Below, piece by piece: positions 1 through 11,914 of a stretch of 64,000 nt of DNA. This DNA comes from Heptranchias perlo (Eukaryota): positions 4,154,001-4,218,000 of the forward strand of contig NW_027139442.1 of the NCBI RefSeq assembly GCF_035084215.1, in the 5' to 3' direction. Every line of letters begins with the position of its first letter. The stretch's first letter is position 1. Made by a program: the position numbers and the translations under genes. The notes beneath the pieces were generated by a model. That model was not told the DNA's origin. It saw only the letters and a program-made list of their open reading frames with translations, and ran no database searches.

Positions 1-147
1 TAGATTTTTGGACAAGGAAATCAAGGGATATGGGGATCGGGCAGTAAAGTGGTGTGGAGGTACAAAATCAGCCATGATCGATTGAATGGCGGAGCAGGCT
101 CGAAGGGCCCTAAGGTCACCTGCTGCTCATATTTCATCTGTTCTTAT
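1..147 (+). mobile_element. CR1/HER1-type LINE 3' end fragment
   Basis: tcagccatgatc..gaatggcggagcaggctcgaagggc..tgttcttat tail; the same tail recurs at ~62070-62143 and inverted at ~570-650. Confidence 0.7.
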
Positions 148-1095
148 CCTGCCAGAGGTGCGGTGCCCAGAACTGAATACAATACTTTAAATGAGGTCTA
201 ACCAGAGCTCCGTATAACTGTGACATAAATTCCACTCCTTTTTATTCCGGATCCCTTGAGATAAAAATCAAAATTCCATTACCATTTTAACTTTTTTTTG
301 CACTTTTAGTGAATTCTGCATTTGGTCCACAAATCTCTCTCCTCCCCCACAGTTCCTAACTTCTCCGCATTTAGAAAATACTCTGATCTATCTTTTTATG
401 GTCCAAATTGGATGACCTCACGTTTCCCACGTTGAACTCCATCTGCCACAGTTTTGCCCACTCACTTAATCTGTCAATTTCCCTTTGCAACTTCCTGCTC
501 CAATCTATAATGTTAATTGTGCCACCTAACTCAGTGTCATCAGCACACTTGGATATAAGGCTCTCTACATAAGAACGTAAGAAATAGGAGCAGGAGTAGG
601 CCATACGGCCCCACGAGCCCTCTCTGCCATTCATTCAGATAAGGGCTGATCTTCGACCTCAACTCCACTTTCGCACCCGATGCCCATATCCCTTGATTCC
701 CCGAGATTCCAATAATCTATCGATCTCAGCTTTGAATAGACTCAACGACTGAGCATCCACAGCCCTCAGGGGTATAGAATTCCAAAGATTCATAACCCTT
801 TGAGTGCAGAAATTTTTCTCATATCGCTCGTAAATGGCCGACTCCTTATCTTGTGACTATGAGCTCCAGTTCTTGACTCTCCAGCGAGGGGAATCAGCCT
901 CTCAGCATCTACCCTGTCAAGCCGTCTAAGAATGTTATACATTTCAATGAGATCACCTCTCATTCTTCTATCTCCACAGAATATAGGCCAAATTTACACA
1001 ATATTTCCTCATACTGCAATTGCAGCAAGAACTCCTTAATCTTATATTCCAAAACCCTTACAATAAAGGCTACCATTTCATTTGCCATCCTAACT
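148..1095 (-). mobile_element. Nested, decayed CR1-clade LINE ORF2/3'UTR fragments
   Basis: ORF 371..634 gives ISKCADDTELGG..LQREIDRLSEWAKLWQMEFNV (CR1 RT FADDTKL region); a second 3' end starts at ~570. Confidence 0.8.
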
Positions 1096-1290
1096 CTCAT
1101 TGGACCCTTTGCAGCTCACTATTTCCAGCATGTTTTTCCTCTATTCCTTCTATAGGGAAAATAAATGAAGGCTGAAATCATTTTACTATACCTACACTCG
1201 TTTATGTTTTGGAAACAATATCCAACTGAACTGCATCAAATTCAATACTTAAGAGTTTCTGAAGGAAATAAACTAATGAGAACACTTAAT

Positions 1291-1362
1291 TGCGATGGCC
1301 GGGAATCGAACCCGAATCAATTGCTTAGAAGGCAACAATGCTCACCACTATACCACCATCGC
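1291..1362 (-). tRNA. tRNA-Gly(TCC)-derived gene with anticodon changed to TCT (functional status unknown)
   Basis: Reverse complement GCGATGG TG GTAT AGTGGTGA GCAT T GTTGC CTTCTAA GCAAT TGAT TCGGG TTCGATT CCCGG CCATCGC A; 72-nt cloverleaf with A and B boxes; paralog of 56669-56740. Confidence 0.8.
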
Positions 1363-1478
1363 TGACCATCCATCATCATAAAATAGTTGATAAGCATCAT
1401 ACCCTGAACAGACACCGCAAGCGGTTGTATTTTGTTCTTCATTTGAACCGGTTTCCGACTGACCATTTCTTGCTCTTT

Positions 1479-1510
1479 TGTAGTTCACGTCTCCGCCCAG
1501 TAGATGTCGC
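1479..1510 (+). promoter_or_regulatory. CTCF-like site (upstream motif + core)
   Basis: TGTAGTTCAC-gtctccgc-CCAGTAGATGTCGC. Confidence 0.55.
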
Positions 1511-1594
1511 AAACCCCCCAACCAATGGAAATTACACACTATCCAGTAATCCGTCACGTTTTTCGGCCGCATCATCCATTTCGTGAGGTTAAAT

Positions 1595-1785
1595 AATTAC
1601 ATTAAATGATTACAGAGACCGGACTACCAGCTGGGCACGACTGGCTGCTTAATATTCAAGTCTATAAGATCTTTAGAAAGGACAGAGAAGTTGGGAAAGG
1701 AGGGAGACCAGCAATATTGCTAAAGGACAATATTACAGCAGTTGAAAGATAGAATATCAGTGAGGGTGAGCGGGCAGTGTAAACA
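1595..1785 (+). mobile_element. CR1 ORF2 endonuclease-domain fragment
   Basis: Translates as ITETGL..HDWLLNIQVYKIFRKDREVGKGGRPAILLKDNI, matching the CR1 APE-domain ITETWL/LNIQGY/RKDR..GGG motifs. Confidence 0.7.
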
Positions 1786-1898
1786 CTCTGAGAGAGACCC
1801 ACTACAAATGCCCCCACTGTACTCCTCCAGAAGGTATAAGAAGGGCGAGAGCAGGAGAGTTCTTTATTCTGCATTAACGTATTTGTGAGATTGTGGAA

Positions 1899-2282
1899 AT
1901 GTCTGGAAGAGGAAAAACCGGCGTTAAAGCTCGGGCCAAGGCCAAGCCTCGCTCATCCCGGGCCGGTACTGTAGTTCCCTGTGGGCCGTGTTCACATGCT
2001 CCTGCGAAAGTGGAAATCCGCTGAATGTGGGTGCCGGAGCCCCGTTCTATCTGGCTGCTGTGCTCGAGTATCTGACGGCTGAAATCCTCGAGCTGGCCGC
2101 CAACGTAGCCCACGACAACACGAAGACCCGCATCATCCCCAGACACCTGCAGCTGGCCATCCACAACGAGGAGGAGCTCAACAAGCTGCTGGGACGGGTG
2201 ACCATCGCTCAGGGTGTCGCCAGATATCAAGGCCGTGCTGCTGCCGAAGAAAACCAGCATTGTCAGCTCCAAGAGCAAGTAA
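1899..2282 (+). pseudogene. H2A: Histone H2A pseudogene
   Basis: ATG-TCT-GGA-AGA start and clear H2A homology ([17 protein letters not shown]), but several indels and a CAG>TAG change; 3' stem-loop truncated after cccaaagg. Confidence 0.92.
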
Positions 2283-2314
2283 AGCGGCAAGGATTTAATC
2301 TGATATCCCAAAGG

Positions 2315-3510
2315 ACAGGACCAACCTTATTGAAATATTTGAAGAAGGAACAGAAATTGAATACAAGTTTAAAGCATTAGATTAAATATATTTGGATTTT
2401 CCGAAGGCCTTCGATAAGGTTTCGCGTTGTAGACTCATGGCTAATTTCAGAGCACGTGGAGTCAGGGGACAGGTGGTAGAATGGATCGTAAGCTGGCGAC
2501 AAAGCAGAAAACCGAGAATAGAGGTTAAGAGTCGCTACTCAGACTGGCAAAAGGTGGGAAGTGATGTTCCAGTTGCTGGGACTACTGTTCTTCACAATTT
2601 ACATTGACAATTTGGAAACGGGAATCGGAAGTACAATTTCAAAATGTGTCGACGACTCCAAATTGGGGGATGTATTTAATACAAAGGAAGAATGTAGCAA
2701 ATTGCAAGAGGACATTAATAAACTTGCAGAATGGAGAATAAGAAGGTCACACACTGCTTGGATAATAGGAGTCTAAACGGGATAGAGGAGCAAAGGGATC
2801 TAGGGGTACAGATATAAAAATTACAAGAAGTAGCGACGCAGCTCAATAAGGTCATAAAAGACAAATCAAACACTAAGATTCATTTCGAGAGGGATAGATT
2901 TGAAAACAAAGAAGTTATGTTAAAATTGTATGGGACCTTGGTTAGACCACACTTGGAGTATTGTGCACAGTTCTGGTCTCCATGTTATAGAAAGGACGGA
3001 GAGGGATTGGAGAAGGTGCAAAAAAGATTCACAAAGGTGATACCAGAAATGAGAGGATATTCTTATCAGGAAATGTTGAACAGGCTGGGGCTCATTTCAC
3101 TAGAAAAGAGAAGGCTGAGGGTTGACCTGATAGAAGTCTTTAAGATAATGATAAGGTTTGAAAGGGGAGACGCAGGGAAAATGATTCCACTTGTGGGGAG
3201 TCCAACACTTCAGGTAATAAATATAAAATAGTCGCTAATAAATCCAAATGGAATTCAGGAGAAACTGCTTTACCCAAAGATTGGGAAGAATGTGGAACTC
3301 GCTACCCAAGGAGTCGTTGAGGAAAATAACATAGGGGCATTTAAGGGGAAGATAGACAAGGACATGAGGGAGAAAGGAATAGAAGGGTATTGTGATAGAG
3401 TTAGATGAAGTAAGGAAGGAGGAGGCTCACGTGGAGCATGAACACCAGCACAGACCAATTCGGCCGAATGGCCTGTTTCTGTACCTTGGTTTCGATGTAA
3501 CTCGATGTAA
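2315..3510 (+). mobile_element. CR1 LINE ORF2 RT / C-terminal region and 3'UTR, decayed
   Basis: ORFs 2392, 2561 and 2917: LDFPKAFDKV, FTIYIDNL..SKCVDDSKLG, LYGTLVRPHLEYCAQFWSP, SLEKRRLRVDLIEVFK; tail ends in a (tcgatgtaa)2 repeat. Confidence 0.9.
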
Positions 3511-4020
3511 AGGCTCATGTTCAGATCCACCCACTGAATGTGTAAAAAGACTGGTTACTGACTGAAGGAGACGCTGATATCATGCGACCAGTGTTACTTT
3601 GAGCTTCTTTTGTCTCGGTGTAGACGAGATGGGGTATTAATGGGACTGGAGTCGGGGCACCGACCACAGTCCGGTACTTTAAAGGGTGACTTATGAACCC
3701 CAGCCCACACATCACCAGATTTCTTGTATTTATTTAAAATAGTTGCCATGCTGGGCTCGTAAGGCATCACCAGAACTGTTCGACTAACCTTTCTACATCT
3801 GTGGGATTCAGCGCTTCGCTCCGTTGCTGTTATATTTTGTTGGATTATTTAAATAACGCATCAAACACACTGGGGAATCACTGAAATGTAACTCTGTACA
3901 GAAACAAATGACAGTGAATTACCTGGTGCCCAGGAGATTTGAAACATCAGTCGCCTTTCATCTTGTTGACTTGTCAACCGTGTTTAGAGTCCAACTACCC
4001 GCGTTGCTTCCATGTAAGGG

Positions 4021-4230
4021 ATTAAACAGAGAGGGCGGGAGTGGAGGAGAAAGAGTGACAGACAGAGCAGAGAGCGGCCTCTGATCTTCCAGCTCCACCT
4101 CCAGCTTTCTCCACCCGCCAATTTCAAACCGTTTATCGATAATAGAACCGAAACACAGCGCTCTGGACAAACCCTTACAGACTCGGACTTCATATTCAAG
4201 GATTTCCAGAAACCCGGAGCTTTTAAATAA
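4021..4230 (-). promoter_or_regulatory. Orphan copy of the H4 upstream region (no H4 CDS follows)
   Basis: Reverse-complement match to 40850-41035 upstream of H4 at 41198; includes TTTGAAATTGGCGGG. Confidence 0.65.
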
Positions 4231-5479
4231 GCCCCGTTACAATTAACAGTCAGTAATATTCCTGCCTAAATACAGTCCCTTCTATAACAAGTCAACCCGC
4301 CTCCTTCCATTTCAGTCCCAGTCTCCCCCGATTCTATCTCGCCACACATCCCCTCCCGGAAGGGTTCAGCAGTTTACAAACACTTTATTCCAGCTGATTT
4401 CCAGAATCTCATGTGTTGGGGTTTGAGTTGTGACGCGAAGTTTCTCCGCTAGTGGTACCGTCTCACCGAGACTCTCACCCTGAATCTGTGAAAAAGAAAT
4501 GACCATGAACTGGGACTGAAGCCGAATGCATCCCCGGTTACACTGCGGCCCGGCCCGGACAACACATTCTCTCTGTTTTATGTCAGACAGTATCCCACCT
4601 TCATGTCCAGCACTACAGAGAGACAAACACACACTGACAGTCGTACACTTCCTATCCGTGTGTTCATATCAAGCTCAATAGCAGCATCCCACATTCATAT
4701 ACAGCACCAGATAGAGACAGAGAGAGGGAGACAGGAAGACAGACACGGTGAGAGAGAACACGGAGAGACAAAGTGCCACAGTATCAGTTGCAGACTAACC
4801 TGTAAAGTTTCGTTTAATCCAGAAATATCCAATTGGAGAGACAAAAGATGCAATCTCATCTCTCACTGATATTGTACCAGAGGCAGACACACTATTAATC
4901 TCACACTCAGTTCAGAGAGTGACAAAAACAATGGGCCACATTTAACCCTCTCTTGCCTGTTGTACTTTATTCTGTTTTGCAGCTCAGGGACGTTCGGTAT
5001 TACTCTCAGTAATCGAGAGTTTCAATCTGATTAAATTAATCTGGGACCAGTGCTGTCAGATATTAATCCTACACGATCCCAACAAACACATCGACTCACT
5101 CTTTCCTCCTTTTTTCTCCAGGATTGGTTTGAGATATCCTCGCCCCGCCCCAGCTTCTTCCTCACGCGTCTGTTTTATCAGTAAAGAATGCAAGAATCAA
5201 TCAAAGCCATTTATCAGCCGCCCACTTTATCTCTGAAAGGCTCTTTACCATCAAAAGATACCGAGAGAAACAGCAGTGATGGAAACATCTAATTTAATAG
5301 TTAGAGATTGTAAAGTCAGTCTGGATTCCAGCGTTCGGCACTGTTGGAATCCCATCTGTTTTCCATTCTGGTGCCTGTTCCTGCACTGCCTGTGGACCCC
5401 ATTCCCTCTGACCTTTCCCCCAGACCCACTTCCTTTGCTCAGACTCTGAAAAATTCCAATTGGGGAAAGTTTCCATCGA

Positions 5480-5900
5480 TTTTTGTATTGAGAATTAAAC
5501 CAGATATCTGCGCATGCGCGACTCAGCTCCGCCCCAGCGCTGGTTGTTGCTGAACAGAAGAGCGCATGCGCGCTCCCCTCCCCCAGCTCGGCCTGTGGGC
5601 GCCATTCCCTCAGTGAGCGGAAGAAGTCGGTTCAAAACAGCCGGGAATGGAGAGATCACGGCCCCCGGGGGAAGGGAGCAAAGAGCAGCCTCGTTACAGC
5701 AGCTCATCGCTTCGGGACCGTGTCCGCAGATGGGCTCAGAGATCGGCATTGAGTCCGGGGGAAGTTCAGGGGGAGGCCGGGGGCTGTTTGTAAGAGGCGG
5801 AGTGGTTCAGGAACCGGTCCCGGAACATGGAGTGAGAGGGGGAAGGGAGAGGTCATTCTCAGGCTGTGTTTGTACAGGGTGTGTCCAGGGTAAGGGAGAG
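5480..5900 (+). promoter_or_regulatory. CpG-rich promoter-like module, copy 1 (two NRF1-type palindromes, GC box, putative first exon)
   Basis: TGCGCATGCGCG 5509-5520, AGCGCATGCGCG 5561-5572, CTCCGCCCC, donor-like GTAAGG at 5890. Confidence 0.55.
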
Positions 5901-7049
5901 AGAATGGGAAGAACCTGCTATTTAAAATCATTGCTGCTTTCTCTCCCCAAACCAGTAGTGAATGTTCCTGGTTTCGTTCCAGTCTCACCCTGTTTGTTGT
6001 TATTGGACAGTGAAGAGTGGAAACAGAGCCGGACAGTAAGGATGTGGGGAGTTACACAAAGAGCATCTCTTGCAGGCACCAGGTGGGAAGTGTGAAGGAC
6101 ACATTTTAAACAACGGCTGTTTGCTTTCATTTGAACGGTAAGTCCCATGGGAGAGGGGATTAGAAACCTGACCTGTACAAAGGTCCCTGCCCCATCGGGT
6201 TGTCCCATTCATGGATCAGTGCAGGGGTTGGGTTGTGTCTGGATGTCACTAAATTGTTGTAAAATTGCCCAACACACCTGGTGTGCAGAAGCTGAGTGCT
6301 GCAGTACTGCAGTGGAGTCAGACACGAACACTGTTTGTATCACTGGTTTTCATTTGTGGATATTCAAAATAATCGTTGACATGTGTATTAATTCGAACAC
6401 TTTTGTATTTTCTGCCTCACTGGTTCTTGAGTTACAAGAGATAAATTTCTTCCGACAGGCAAATCCTTGAAGGACCCAGAATCAGTGTTATGTTTCCTCC
6501 ACTCGAGGCACAAGGAACAGTGCAGCCAACTCCTTCTCCCACACAGTAAGTACATTATCACACACAGCGCACAGAGACACAGACAGGTCATCAGTTCCAC
6601 AGTCTCAGACAGTAGAAGCAGTCAGTCCCACACTGATCCCAAGTTCCACCGGCACTTTTTCAATCCAACGTTCAAACAGAGCAGGTGAGGCAGACGCTGT
6701 TCCATTTCCCCCGAGCTGAGTCCCGTTGACAGGCAGATACAAAAATCCCAGTCCAAGTTCACACTATCAGATTGAAAGGCACTGTGTCAATCTCACAATA
6801 GGGCAACATTAGGTACGAATTAAATAACAGATCGAAATCACACATGGCACCCGATTGGAAGGTACATAATCTATCCCAATAATGTACCCTGAGATTCCAA
6901 TTGAATACTAGTCCAGAACTCACACACACATGTGAGTTTAATACACTATTCGAATGGATATTGCATGTATCATGTGATACAAATTGCATACCAGTCCAAA
7001 ACTCATGTACAGTATCAGATTGAGAAATGCTGTGACAGTGTAACCTGAG

Positions 7050-10000
7050 AAACAAATTAGATATCAGTTTATAATACACTCATAGTATAAGATTTATAGA
7101 TACAGTATCAATTCTATTAGTGCAGACTGAGCTACACATTATATACCATTTGAAAAGTGTCACCATATCAATTTGAAATGTACATTATCATTCACAATTG
7201 TACTTACAGAGATACAGATTTAATAGTAGTTCAAAAAGCACACAAATTATCTGATTAAAACCTACAGCGTCAAATCCTAAAGTGTACCCATATTTACCAG
7301 TTAAATAATGAGAAATATGACCTAAACATGAAGATATTAAAGCTACAATTTTGAACGCAATAATGCAATCTGAGAGAATAATTACATACAAATACAGAAT
7401 GAATCTCACACTCAGATACAGTACCAGAGACTGACAGATGCAGAAGGAATCCCAAACTCACATACAATACTAGAGACTGACAGACACAGAGCGAATCCTA
7501 CACTCACATATGGTACCAGAGATGACAGATACAGATTGAATCCCACACTGGCATACAGTACCAAGGACTGATAGATATCTGGTTAATTACTCACTCTCAT
7601 AAAGTACTAGAGACTGACAGATAAATAATGACACCCACATTCACACAGTACCAGAGTCTGACAGATAGAGAATGAATCACACACTCACACAAAGTACCAG
7701 AGACTGACAGATAGAGAATGCATCCCACACCAACATGCAGTCTGAGAGGCTGCATATATAGAATGAATTCAACACCCACATACAAGACTGGAGACTGAAA
7801 GACATAGAATAAATCCAACACTCACAGTATCAGAGACTGCATATATGGAATAAATCACAAACTCACACACACTACTGACAAGATACAGAATGAATCTCAC
7901 ACTCACACACTGTTCCAGAGACTGGAAGATACAAAATGAATCACACATTAGTGCAGGCTGAGTAACACATTACTTACCAGTCCAAGAAGTATCAGATTGA
8001 AAGATACAATATCAATTCCATTAGTGCAGACTGATCTGCACATTATAAACCACGACAAAAAACTGATGCAAATTCACTCTGAAATATACAGTATTCCATT
8101 CATGCAGACTAAGCTACACGTCATATACAAGTTCAAAAATGTCACGTTATCAGTTTGGAAGATAAACGAATGCACAATTGTGTTCACATCGATACCGATT
8201 TAATAGTATTCTCAAAAGTGCACACATTCTCTGACTATATTCTACAGAATTTCATTACCAGCCAATTAAACACTGGGAAAAATATGCATACATTGAGGTA
8301 TTGAAGATACAGATTTGAACATCATACTGTAAATGGAGATACAAATTACATAGAGATAAAGAATGAATCTCACACTCAGATAGAGGGCCAGAGACTGACA
8401 AACTGAAGGAAAGCAGCGCTCACACAATGTAACAATGACTGACAGATACAGAATGAATCCTATATTCACACACAGTACAAGGGACTGACAGATATAGAAT
8501 GAATCACATACTTCCAAAGTACCAGAGCCTGACAGATACAGAATGAATCACACATTCACAGACAGTACTAGGGACTGACAGATACAGAATGAATCTCACA
8601 GTCACACACATTAATGCAGTCTGAGTTGCACAATACTTATCAGTCCAAAAATCTCACAGTGTCAGATTGAAAGATACATTATCAATTGCATTAGTGCAGA
8701 CTGATCTACACATTATAAACCACTACAAAAAACTGATACGGATTCAGACTGAAATACACTGTGTTCCATTCATGCAGACTGAGCTCCACATGATATAAAA
8801 GTTCAAAAATGTCACCATATCATTTTGGAAGATAAACGAATTCACAATTGTTTTCCCATCGATACAGATTTAATTGAAGTCCAAAAAGTGCCCACATTCT
8901 CTGATTATAAACTACAACTTTACATTTTAAAATGTATCATTATCTACCAATTAAACACTGGGAAAAAATATTGATACATTGAGGTATTAAAGATAGTTTT
9001 GACCACCATAGTGTAAACGGAGATGCAAATAACATACAGATAAAGAATGAATCTCACACTCAGATAAAGGGCCAGATACTGAGATGCAGATTGAAACCAG
9101 CACTCAAACAATGTAACATTGACTGACAGATACCGAATGAATCCGACACTCACACACAGCACAAGGGACTGACAGACATGGAATGAATCATACACTCCCA
9201 CAGTACCAGAGGCTGACAAATAGAATGAAACCCACACTCGCACAATAAACCAGTGATTGACAGATACAGAATGAATCCTACACTCACACAACGTAACAGT
9301 GACTGACAGATACCGAATGAATCCGACACTCACACACAGTACAAGGGACTGACAGACATAGAATGAATCACACACTTCCACAGTACCAGAGACTGAAAAA
9401 CAGAATGAAACCCACACTCGCACACTGTAGCATGGACTGACGGAGACAACATTCATATCACTCACAAACAGTACGAGAAATTGATAGATGCAGAATGAAT
9501 GACTCCCTCACATATATCGCCTGACACTGAGGGGAACAGAATGAAACCCTCATTCACACACAGTACCAGGGACTGACAGATATTGAATGATTCCCACACT
9601 CACATTCAGTACCAGGGACTGACAGATACAGAATGAATCCCACACTCACATTCAGTACCAGGGACTGACATATACAGAATGAATCTCACACTCACATGCA
9701 ATACCAGAGACTGATCGATACAGAATGAAACCCACACTCACACACAGTACCAGAGACTGACAGATACAGAATGAATCCCACACTCACATACAGATCGAGA
9801 GACTGACAGATACAGAATGAATCCCACGCCCACATACAGCACCAGAGACTGACAGATACAAAATTAAGCTCACTCACACACAGTACCAGAAACTGACAGG
9901 AACATAATGAATCCCACACTCACAGACAGTACTCACAGACATTATTGCAGATCTGAGCTACACATTACATACCAGTCCAATCATTTCACCATGAACAGAT

Positions 10001-10600
10001 TGAAAGTTACATTATCATTCACATATGAGTTTAGAGATTAAGATGTAATACTACTCCAAAACCCACACACTTTGTTTGATTAAAGAAAATCGAAAAATAT
10101 ATCCATATTTACAAATTAAATACTTGACGAAAAACTGCATATACTTTAAAGTATTAAAGATACAGTTTCAAGTGAAATACTGGGAACTGAAATAAGAATA
10201 CAGAGTGAATCCAGATTTGCACTTTGTCTCAGGGACTGAATTACAGAATGAATGCCACACTGAGATAAAGTAGCTGAGAATGGCAGATGCAGAATGAATC
10301 CCACACTCACAGATAGCACCAGAGACTGACAGTTACAGAGTTAATTCCACACTTATGCACAGTACCTGAGACTGGCAGATACAGAATTAATCCCTCTCTC
10401 ATATACAGTGAAAGAGACTGGCAGACGCAGAACGATCCTAAACTCATATGTAGTGCCAGAGACTGAGAGATACAGAATAAATACCATGCTCATACTCAGT
10501 ACCAGAGAATGACAGATGCAGAATGAATCCCACACACACAGTATCAGAGATTGACAGATACAGATGAAATCCCGCTCTCATGCAAAGTACAAGAGACTGA
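7050..10600 (+). repeat. Mixed 46-bp / ~82-bp satellite array
   Basis: Unit actcacacacagtaccagagactgacagatacagaatgaatcccac interspersed with ~82-bp units; diverged ~0.66-kb internal duplication (7947 vs 8609). Confidence 0.9.
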
Positions 10601-10628
10601 CCTCTACTGGACGTAGGCGAGAACTGTG
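10597..10628 (-). promoter_or_regulatory. CTCF-like site at satellite edge
   Basis: RC CACAGTTCTC-gcctacgt-CCAGTAGAGGTCAG. Confidence 0.5.
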
Positions 10629-11213
10629 AAAGTGCGGAAAACAAATTCACATTATCTGTCGTGGTTGCAGAAACAGGACAATGTGCAATGTGAGGAAAGT
10701 TTCTGTCTGTCACTTCTCCTCTCGTAATTTTGCACGTTTCGTGATTGCAAAATGAAGACAATTGATTCAAAATAAAGTTTTTGTTTCACTCATTCGATAG
10801 TTGTGAATTTACCCCGTTATTTTTCACTTACATTGCGCAGTATTTCTCTCTGATTTCTCAGGACACGATTTACATTGCTCCTCTACCCCATTTAAACTCA
10901 TATTTTCCAAGCAGTATGTGGCCTCCTTATTCCCCCTAACAAAATGCACCAGCTCACAACTTTCTATATTGAAATTCAATACACATTTACACGGCCGTTC
11001 TGCAAGTATATTTTGTCGAAGTATTGGCTATAATCCCAAAATCAATTACAAGAATTTAACACAGCATTAAAACCAATGCTTGGTCTAACAAAATGTATTT
11101 GCATCTCGTCTCCATTCCCAGTTTTTCTAAATCACACTCGTGCAAGATATTGTGAAGAATGAGTTTATCTTCTGTCCCTCTCTCATCAGCAAACTTCATT
11201 GACCCGGGGTTTG

Positions 11214-11244
11214 GGGACATCTACTGGCCGGAAGCAGAACTGCA
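11214..11244 (-). promoter_or_regulatory. CTCF-like site upstream of H2B
   Basis: RC TGCAGTTCTG-cttccgg-CCAGTAGATGTCCC. Confidence 0.6.
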
Positions 11245-11294
11245 ACAGTTCGGAACAAATTGCTGAAACCGAACAATGTGCAGTGTGAGCGTGT

Positions 11295-11460
11295 TTGTGA
11301 TTGGTGGCAGGTTCTAAATCTGATTGGTTTCTTCAGGTATCCAATCAGAGAGTTACAGTGAATAATTATTGCGACATCACTCTCAGTGACCCAATCACAA
11401 TCATTGCCTTCCCCCATCCCTCATTACCATTGGGTTGTGGGGCTGCCTATTTAATCCGAG
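11295..11460 (+). promoter_or_regulatory. H2B promoter (CCAAT boxes, degenerate octamer, TATA-like)
   Basis: gattgg/ccaatc at ~11299, 11322, 11341, 11391; ATTACCAT 11423-11430; TATTTAA 11448-11454. Confidence 0.7.
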
Positions 11461-11507
11461 CTCGGAGCGGATTTGGGTCATTTCTGGGTCTGAAATTGAG
11501 TTTGAAA

Positions 11508-11882
11508 ATGCCTGAGGACAAGAAAGCAGCTCCCAAGAAGGGCGCCAAGAAAACCTTGAGTAAAGCACCAGCCAAGGGCGGCAAGAAGCGGAGAAAGTCG
11601 AGGAAGGAGAGTTACTCCATCTATATCTACAAAGTGATGAAGCAGGTTCACCCCGACACCGGCATCTCCTCCAAGGCCATGGGCATCATGAACTCCTTTG
11701 TGAACGATATTTTCGAGCGCATCGCGGGTGAGGCTTCCCGCCTGGCCCATTACAACAAGCGGGCGACCATCAGCTCCCGGGAGATCCAGACCGCCGTGCG
11801 CCTGCTGCTGCCCGGGGAACTGGCCAAGCACGCCGTGTCGGAGGGGACAAAGGCGGTGACCAAGTACACCAGCTCCAAGTAA
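11508..11882 (+). CDS. H2B: Histone H2B (124 aa)
   Basis: [50 protein letters not shown]; the real start is ATG 11508, not ORF start 11301. Confidence 0.97.
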   Translation: MPEDKKAAPKKGAKKTLSKAPAKGGKKRRKSRKESYSIYIYKVMKQVHPDTGISSKAMGIMNSFVNDIFERIAGEASRLAHYNKRATISSREIQTAVRLLLPGELAKHAVSEGTKAVTKYTSSK

Positions 11883-11914
11883 AACTCCACAATGTACTGA
11901 AAAAAAACCACAAC

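Noticed and set aside
5514-6095. 193-aa ORF with paralogs at 38057..38758 and 53506..53943 as a novel protein
   Set aside because: GC-rich promoter-like sequence; starts differ between copies, copy 3 is frameshifted, and no domain is recognisable. Only a dN/dS test or ribosome profiling could rescue it
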